Positions 57,961 through 64,000 of a stretch of 64,000 bases of DNA are shown in pieces. Within the stretch, counting starts at the first letter, position 1. Every line of letters starts with the position of its first letter. The DNA comes from Verrucomicrobiia bacterium (lineage in GTDB: Bacteria; Verrucomicrobiota; Verrucomicrobiia; Limisphaerales; UBA1319). The stretch lies in assembly GCA_963664225.1 (NCBI GenBank), contig OY760937.1:2848001-2912000 (forward strand). Direction: 5' to 3'. The position numbers and the translations under genes are program-made. The notes under the pieces are model-generated. The model was not told the DNA's origin and ran no database searches. It saw nothing but the letters and a program-made list of their open reading frames with translations.

Positions 57961-58407
57961 ATGGGCTCAACTTACCTGAGTTTGCATTACCACATCGTAT
58001 TCTCCACGAAGAACCGGGAGAATCTGATCGCGCCGGCGTGGGGTTCCCGGCTTCACGAATATCTTGGAGGGACGATTCGTGGTCTTGAGGGGATTCCGCA
58101 ATGCATCGGAGGTGCGCGCGATCATGTGCATATTCTCGCGGGGTTGAGCGCCAGGCATGCGCTGTCTGATTTCATGCGCGAATTGAAAAAGGCCTCTTCA
58201 AGCTGGGTTCATCAGGAGATGGCATTGAAATCGTTCGCGTGGCAGGAGGGTTATTCCGCCTTTACGGTCAGCGCTACCGCACGCGATGCAGTGCGGACCT
58301 ATATTACCAAACAAGAGGAACATCATCGGATAAAAACATTTCAGGAGGAATTGGTGGAGATGTTGAGTCGGGCGGGTGTTGAATATAATCCGAAGTATTT
58401 AGATTGA
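57961..58407 (+). mobile_element. tnpA: IS200/IS605-family Y1 (HUH) transposase, REP-associated-like; no tnpB
   Basis: 148 aa; HIVFSTKNR, DHVH (HUH), LKKASS.W, WQEGY, YI..QEEHH. Confidence 0.9.
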
Positions 58408-58412
58408 ATGTT

Positions 58413-58569
58413 CTGCGACCCCTGCCGAGGTCGATCTTGGTTTTGCGATGGTTCCGGGGGTGTCGGTCGTCAGACGACCTTAACCCCCGGCTAATATCTA
58501 CAAACCCTCCGGGTTTGATTTTGGACGAAGGTTTCGTTCTGGTGGAATCTGCAAATCCTCCGGGTTTGA
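58413..58569 (-). repeat. Diverged inverted REP-like copy and tandem AAAYCCTCCGGGTTTGA hairpins
   Basis: Reverse complement TCAAACCCGGAGGGTTTGTAGATATTAGCCGGGGGTTAAG matches AAACCCGTAGGGTTTACAGATATTAGCCGGTG at 57849-57880. Confidence 0.7.
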
Positions 58570-58676
58570 ATCGGGACAAAAATGGGCCGACCGCACACTT
58601 TGAGTAAGCTGTTGAGAGGGATGTCCGGGGGGGTCGCGAAGGACGAATGTTGGGCATCCCGGCAGGGATGCAAGCG

Positions 58677-58758
58677 ATTAGCCGGTGTGTTAAGCGAAGC
58701 GATACCACCGGTTTACGAACCCTCAACGATTCTCCCCGCATCCCGGCAGGGATGCCAG
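58677..58758 (+). repeat. REP-like palindromic repeat, copy B (82 bp)
   Basis: Direct repeat of 57870-57950 with one substitution and a 1-nt insertion; preceded by GCATCCCGGCAGGGATGC hairpin (58654-58671). Confidence 0.9.
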
Positions 58759-58802
58759 ATTGGACAGGCCGGGAGTCGAATTGAATTTGAATTCTCCCCC
58801 TA

Positions 58803-59966
58803 ATGCGTTCACTTTGTTCGATGCTCAGTCGGTCCGTTTATTTTGACTACAACGCCACCGCGCCACTGGATCCCCGGGTGCGGGAGGCGATGCTGCCGTT
58901 CTTGGACGGCATTTTCGGGAATCCCTCCAGCATGCACCGCGCCGGTCAACAGGCCCGGCTGGCCCTGGATGCCGCCCGCGATCGCGTCGGCCATGTCTGG
59001 CGCTGCAAACCCTCCGAGGTCGTCTTTACGAGCGGCGGCACGGAGAGCAACAACATGGCGATCTTCGGAGCCGCCCGCCGGATGAAATCCCGGGGCCGCC
59101 ACCTGATCACCTCCGCCATCGAGCATCATGCCGTGCTGAACTGTTTTGAATCCCTCGCCACCAAGGAGGGCTTTGAACTCACGATCCTGCCCGTCACCCG
59201 TGAGGGCCATGTCACCCTCGAATCCCTGGCCCACGCCTTGCGGCCCAATACCATCCTCGTCTCCGTCATGGCCGCCAATAACGAGACCGGCGCCTTGCAG
59301 TCCGTGGCGGAACTGGGCGCCCTCTGCCGCGAACGCGGTGTGTTGTTCCATACGGATGCCGCGCAATGGTTTGGGAAGGAACCCGTGGAATCCATCCACC
59401 AGTTCAATGCCGATCTGGTCTCATTTTGCGCGCATAAACTTTACGGCCCCAAGGGCATTGGCGCTTTATACGTCAAATCCGGTGTCGTGCTTGAACCGCT
59501 GATTCATGGCGGCGGCCACGAGAACGAACGCCGCGCCGGAACCGAGAACCTGGCGGCCATTGCCGGTCTGGCGGAGGTGATGGATCATTTCGTCCAGGTG
59601 CCGGTTTTTCCCAAAGAACGCCTGATGGTATTGACGGAGGGCTTCAGAAGCGCATTAATGAAGCTGCCGGGAGTGAATGTCGTGACGCCGCCGTCGCAGA
59701 GGTTGAGCAATACGGTGACGATAACGATACAGAAATGCGATAGTGCCACTGTTTTGGCCGGTTTGGACCTGGAAGGCATCTGCGCCTCCAGTGGTTCAGC
59801 CTGCACGGCGGGGTCGATTCAGCCGTCGCACGTTTTGAAGGCGATGGGCATTCAGGCGGAAGCCGTGGTCCGTTTCTCCCTGGGGAGGGATTCGACGCCT
59901 GCGGAGGCGGAGAGGGCGGTGAAGGCATTGGAGACGGTGATTAACCGGAACATAGGTGTCCAATAA
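58803..59966 (+). CDS. Cysteine desulfurase (IscS/NifS group I)
   Basis: YFDYNATAP, GNPSS.H, FTSGGTE, HTDAAQ, AHKLYGPKG (PLP Lys), SSGSAC. Confidence 0.93.
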   Translation: MRSLCSMLSRSVYFDYNATAPLDPRVREAMLPFLDGIFGNPSSMHRAGQQARLALDAARDRVGHVWRCKPSEVVFTSGGTESNNMAIFGAARRMKSRGRHLITSAIEHHAVLNCFESLATKEGFELTILPVTREGHVTLESLAHALRPNTILVSVMAANNETGALQSVAELGALCRERGVLFHTDAAQWFGKEPVESIHQFNADLVSFCAHKLYGPKGIGALYVKSGVVLEPLIHGGGHENERRAGTENLAAIAGLAEVMDHFVQVPVFPKERLMVLTEGFRSALMKLPGVNVVTPPSQRLSNTVTITIQKCDSATVLAGLDLEGICASSGSACTAGSIQPSHVLKAMGIQAEAVVRFSLGRDSTPAEAERAVKALETVINRNIGVQ

Positions 59967-59979
59967 GAGACCAACAAGG

Positions 59980-60170
59980 GGTGAACAACCGGGCTTGTGT
60001 GTGAATAACCCGGGTCATTCACAAATGGCCCTGGTCAATCCGTCGGGTTGCACACCGTTTGAAAAACGTCTAAGTGCCTGTCAGAGCCTTGACAGCGAAG
60101 AGTGCCTCTATTATTCACATCATATAATAATAAGAAGATATTGGTTAAAAGAAAGATTCATAGTAATCTG
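59980..60170. promoter_or_regulatory. DnaA-box cluster with AT-rich tract: candidate oriC
   Basis: TGTGAATAA (60000-60008, reverse of TTATTCACA), TCATTCACA (60015-60023), TTATTCACA (60111-60119) followed by ATATAATAATAAGAAGAT; immediately upstream of dnaN. Confidence 0.7.
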
Positions 60171-60178
60171 AGCGCGCC

Positions 60179-61288
60179 ATGAAATTGACCATTCAAAAAG
60201 AGCAGCTTCTAAACGGCCTGCAAGCCGTGCAAAATATCGTGGTCGCCCGCACCACGCTCCCCGTGCTATCCAACGTTCTGTTGCGTGCGGAGGGAAACCG
60301 GCTCGAAATGACCACGACCAACCTGGACGTGACCATTTCCTGCTCTGTGGAGGCCACGGTGCTCAAGGCCGGATCGGCCACGGTGCCGGTGAAACGTTTC
60401 TTTGGCATCGCCCGCGAATTGCCGGCGGCGGAAATCCAGATTGAGTTTGATGAACGCAACGCCTGCAGCCTCCAGGCAGGCAGCGCCTTTTACAAAATCA
60501 ACGGATTGCCCGCGGAGGATTTCCCGCCATTGCCCCAGTTTGCCGAGGAGCGCAAAGTGATCCTGCCCCAGGACAAGGTGCGCGTGATGCTGCGCCGGAC
60601 CTCCTACGCCAGCTCCATGGACGAGGCCCGCTACGTGCTCAATGGCATTTTCTTCAGCATCAAGGAACACAAGATGACCCTCGTGGCCACGGACGGACGC
60701 CGCCTGGCGCTGGCCGAGGAGGATGTGGAAGTGCCCGCGGAGAATCAGGCCGAGTTCATCGTGCCCAGCAAGGCCATCAACGAACTGAACCGCCTGCTCC
60801 AGCCCGGTGGCGACATGGAGATCTCCAGCAAGGGCAACCAGGCCGCCTTCCGAATGAAGGACATCAAAGGCTTCACCACCCTGCTCATCACCAAATTGGT
60901 CGAAGGCAATTATCCCAATTACCGCCAAGTCATCCCCTCGGAGACCAAGGAGCGCGTCACGCTCGGTCGTGAGGAACTGCTGCAGGCGCTGCATCGCTCG
61001 GAATTCATGACCAGCGACAAGGCCAACTCGGTCAAACTCAATTTCACCACCAACAACCTGACCATCACCGCCAACGCGCAGGATGTGGGCGAAGGCCGCG
61101 AAAGCATTGCCGTCAATTACACCGGCAAGGACATCTCCATTGCGTTCAATCCGGGTTACATGATGGATCCGCTGCGCATTCTGGAGGCGGACGAGGTTTA
61201 TCTGGAGCTGTCCGATGAGCTCAGCCCCGGCCTGCTGAAGGTCAACGAGCCGTTCCTGTATGTGCTGATGCCCATGCGGACGAATTAG
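60179..61288 (+). CDS. dnaN: DNA polymerase III beta sliding clamp
   Basis: TTLPVLSNV, RYVLNG, VATDGRRL, GNYPNYRQVIP, IAFNP.Y, YVLMPMR. Confidence 0.97.
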   Translation: MKLTIQKEQLLNGLQAVQNIVVARTTLPVLSNVLLRAEGNRLEMTTTNLDVTISCSVEATVLKAGSATVPVKRFFGIARELPAAEIQIEFDERNACSLQAGSAFYKINGLPAEDFPPLPQFAEERKVILPQDKVRVMLRRTSYASSMDEARYVLNGIFFSIKEHKMTLVATDGRRLALAEEDVEVPAENQAEFIVPSKAINELNRLLQPGGDMEISSKGNQAAFRMKDIKGFTTLLITKLVEGNYPNYRQVIPSETKERVTLGREELLQALHRSEFMTSDKANSVKLNFTTNNLTITANAQDVGEGRESIAVNYTGKDISIAFNPGYMMDPLRILEADEVYLELSDELSPGLLKVNEPFLYVLMPMRTN

Positions 61289-61334
61289 AGGTCAGGCGTA
61301 AGACCGAGCAGACCACAAAAACATTGCAAACGCC

Positions 61335-61844
61335 ATGTCCGCGCATTTGGACTCAACATCGATCAAACGCATGGCGGGCGTGGCGCTTTTTGTTTTAATC
61401 CTCGATCAATTCACCAAATACCTGGTCTTGCGCACGCTCGGTTATGCGGATCAACGGGTGGTGATCGATGGCTTTTTCAAGCTGGTGCATTGGGGAAACA
61501 CCGGCGCGGCATGGAGCCTTTTTACCGGCAAGAACAAGATTCTGGCGGCGATCTCCCTGCTGGCATTGGTGGCGCTATTCTACAGCCGTCGCCATTTTGA
61601 CGCCCATACCCTGGCCGGTCAATGCGCCCTGGGCCTTATGTTTGGCGGCATTCTGGGCAATCTGACCGATCGGATTCACATCGGCCATGTGGTCGATTTC
61701 CTCTATTTCTATGTCATCCCCAGGGGTGGGGACGAAATCGGGTTCCCGGCCTTCAACGTGGCGGACTCGTCGATCTGCGTGGGCGTGGGCCTGCTGTTCA
61801 TCCTTTCCTGGCGTGCCGAACATGGCATGGCCCCCCAGACCTGA
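61335..61844 (+). CDS. lspA: Signal peptidase II
   Basis: LDQFTK, NTGAAWS, GNLTDR, VVDF, PAFNVADS. Confidence 0.96.
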   Translation: MSAHLDSTSIKRMAGVALFVLILDQFTKYLVLRTLGYADQRVVIDGFFKLVHWGNTGAAWSLFTGKNKILAAISLLALVALFYSRRHFDAHTLAGQCALGLMFGGILGNLTDRIHIGHVVDFLYFYVIPRGGDEIGFPAFNVADSSICVGVGLLFILSWRAEHGMAPQT

Positions 61845-61887
61845 AGACCCGCCCCGGAGTCACCAGGCGCTCGCAAAGGCCCATGCC

Positions 61888-62847
61888 ATGAATCTGGACG
61901 AAACGCTTCCGACCGGGATTCGCCAGAAGAGCCTCTTTCTGGGCGGACCCACCGCCAGCGGCAAATCGCGCGTCGGCTTTCTCCTGGCCGAAAGACTCGG
62001 GGGCGAGATCATCACCGTCGATTCCATGCAGGTCTATCGGGGCCTGGACATCGGCACCGCAAAACCATCCCCGGAGGAACGCGCCCGCGTGCCGCATCAC
62101 CTCGTGGATATTCTCGATTTGAACGAGGCTTTCGACGCCTCGCAATTCGCCTCGCGCGCGCAGGTGGCGGCGACGGATATTCTGAAACGCGGACGTGTCC
62201 CCATTTTCTGCGGCGGCACCGGCCTCTATTTCAAGGCCCTGCTCGAAGGGCTGGGCGAATCCCCCGGATCGGATCCCGTTCTCCGCGCGGCATTGGAACA
62301 GACCCCTCTGGAGGAATTACTCGCGGAATTGCAGGCGCGCGATCCCGAGGCCTTCGAGCGCATCGACCGCAAGAATCCGCGCCGCGTGATTCGCGCCGTG
62401 GAAGTCCTGCGCCTGACGGGTCAAAACGTGACCGCGCAACGGGCCCGCTGGAAGGCTGAACCCGTGGAAAATCCCGTGTTTTTCGCCGGACTGGAGCGCG
62501 ACCCGGAGGATTTGAAGCGGCGCATCGAGGTGCGCGTCGATGAAATGTTCGCCCAGGGCCTGGAAGCGGAGACCCGGCGGTTGCTCGCGTTCGGTCTCGA
62601 AACCAATCGGAATGCCATGCAGGCCATCGGCTACAGCCAGGTGGTCGATTTCCTCCATGGAGCGCGATCCCTTGAAGACACCATTGCCCTCATCAAACTG
62701 CGCACCCGCAAATACTCCAAACGCCAGATGACCTGGTTTCGCCGCCAGGCCCGCGTCCAGTGGTTTGCCGTGTCGCCGGAGGAATCCCTGGAGAAGATCG
62801 CCGGTTCCGTGGCTGATGCCTTTGCGAAATTTCGCCAAACCAATTGA
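61888..62847 (+). CDS. miaA: tRNA (adenosine37-N6)-dimethylallyltransferase
   Basis: GPTASGKS, DSMQVYRGLDIGTAKP, GGTGLY, AIGY, KRQMTWFR. Confidence 0.96.
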   Translation: MNLDETLPTGIRQKSLFLGGPTASGKSRVGFLLAERLGGEIITVDSMQVYRGLDIGTAKPSPEERARVPHHLVDILDLNEAFDASQFASRAQVAATDILKRGRVPIFCGGTGLYFKALLEGLGESPGSDPVLRAALEQTPLEELLAELQARDPEAFERIDRKNPRRVIRAVEVLRLTGQNVTAQRARWKAEPVENPVFFAGLERDPEDLKRRIEVRVDEMFAQGLEAETRRLLAFGLETNRNAMQAIGYSQVVDFLHGARSLEDTIALIKLRTRKYSKRQMTWFRRQARVQWFAVSPEESLEKIAGSVADAFAKFRQTN

Positions 62848-62888
62848 TCGGTGGACAGAACCAGGCCCGCGCGGGATGATATTCCCCT

Positions 62889-64000
62889 GTGACAGAAAGT
62901 TTCGACAAGACATGGAGCCGGTCGCCCAAAACCCGTGCGGCCATTGCACAGGGAATGGAAGTGGGACTGCACATCGGCGCGCAGCTTTACGTGTCGCTGC
63001 GCGGCGAAATCATTGCGGATGCCGCGATGGGCGAGAGCCGTGCCGGTGTTCCCATGAGGCCGGACACCCTCATGCTCTGGCTTTCCGCCACCAAACCGAC
63101 CATTGCCGTGTGCATCGGCCAGCTTGTCGAAAAGAAGCTGCTGGCCTGGGATGACCCGGTGACGCGCTTCATTCCCGAATTCGGCCAATGGGGCAAAACC
63201 ACCATCACATTGCGCCATTTGCTCACGCACACCGGCGGTTTCCGGGCTGCGGACCGCTACGATCATGGGACCGATTCAGCGCAAATCCTTTCGCAAATAT
63301 GTCAAACACGCCCCGAACATGGATGGATTCCCGGCGAGAAGGCCGGTTACCATAAGGCGTCCAGTTGGTATGTGCTGGGCGAGATCATCCGCCGCGTGGA
63401 TGGGCGACCGCCGGGTCAATACGCGCGCGAGGCGCTGTTCCTTCCGTGTGGCATGAAGGACGCGTGGATCGGCCTGGCCCATGAACAGGTTCGCGCCTAC
63501 GGAATGCGCCTGGGCCTGCTGCATGTGACGGCTCAGGGTTGGCCTGAATTATATCCGGGCGAGGACACGCCGGAGGGCTTTGAAATGTGCAAGCCCGGAA
63601 GCCACGGACGCGGACCGATGCGTGATTTGGGCCGGTTTTACGAGCATTTGATACGGCTTCGAACGGGCGACACTCCCGCAGCGCCGATTCTCCAGCCGTT
63701 CACCGTTCTCGAAATGACCCGGCGGCAGCGCGAGGGCAAGTTCGATCACACCTTCCAGCATAAGGTGGATTGGGGCCTGGGTTTCGGGATCGATTCCAAT
63801 CGATACGGCGCCGACACGATCCCCTATGGGTTCGGGCGGCACTGCTCTGAAGATACCTTTGGTCATGGCGGATCCCAATCCTCCGGCGCCTTTGCCGATC
63901 CCGCGCATGGATTGGTCGCCGCCTGGGTTCTGAACGGGCTGCCTGGCGAAGCCGCGCATCAGCCGCGCGTCCGCGCCATCAACGCCGCCATTTACGAGGA
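62889..64000 (+). CDS. Serine hydrolase, beta-lactamase class C-like (runs off window end)
   Basis: Not in ORF track; manual translation from GTG at 62889: GLHIGAQLYVS...WLSATK (SxxK)...TLRHLLTHTGG...PGEKAGYH...FGHGG...ADP. Confidence 0.88.
   Translation, partial: MTESFDKTWSRSPKTRAAIAQGMEVGLHIGAQLYVSLRGEIIADAAMGESRAGVPMRPDTLMLWLSATKPTIAVCIGQLVEKKLLAWDDPVTRFIPEFGQWGKTTITLRHLLTHTGGFRAADRYDHGTDSAQILSQICQTRPEHGWIPGEKAGYHKASSWYVLGEIIRRVDGRPPGQYAREALFLPCGMKDAWIGLAHEQVRAYGMRLGLLHVTAQGWPELYPGEDTPEGFEMCKPGSHGRGPMRDLGRFYEHLIRLRTGDTPAAPILQPFTVLEMTRRQREGKFDHTFQHKVDWGLGFGIDSNRYGADTIPYGFGRHCSEDTFGHGGSQSSGAFADPAHGLVAAWVLNGLPGEAAHQPRVRAINAAIYE

Noticed and set aside
57870..58758. CRISPR array or IS terminal inverted repeats
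   Set aside because: Repeats are ~80 bp, irregularly spaced around a gene, with no cas genes; they fit REP-like elements.
59560..59966. Shift to G-rich codons in the 3' half of the cysteine desulfurase suggesting a chimera
   Set aside because: Reading frame and motifs are continuous; impression by eye only, not quantified.

Overview
Bacterial chromosome window, most consistent with a Verrucomicrobiota genome (inferred from an H-X9-DG prepilin-type gene, a lineage-typical tyrosine integrase, and secreted LamG/LTD/CotH/BspA proteins ending in F(Y/F)R(L/I)). From left to right: (1) a Cus-like Cu/Ag RND efflux cluster with small accessory genes; (2) a 22-nt tRNA-Cys-like 3' end (att scar) followed by a truncated integrase; (3) a receiver-TrxB / cNMP histidine kinase / DedA-rhodanese operon; (4) an SDR + MexEF-OprN-like efflux operon with a sigma54 promoter and divergent activator; (5) a 5'-truncated Ig/passenger-like gene; (6) a ~20 kb apparent D-apiose utilisation locus (sugar ABC transporter, prepilin-like gene, triple-LamG protein, apsD-apnO-oiaC-apnL-like genes, AraC regulator, GH140/DUF4038 apiosidase-like gene and two unknown secreted proteins); (7) an LTD/CotH giant protein, an orphan TRAP DctQM, a BspA LRR protein with a VNTR, an M20 amidohydrolase, and a Y1 transposase among REP-like repeats; (8) core genes (cysteine desulfurase, a DnaA-box cluster that is a candidate oriC, dnaN, lspA, miaA, serine hydrolase). 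All family calls come from reading motifs by eye; no database search was run.
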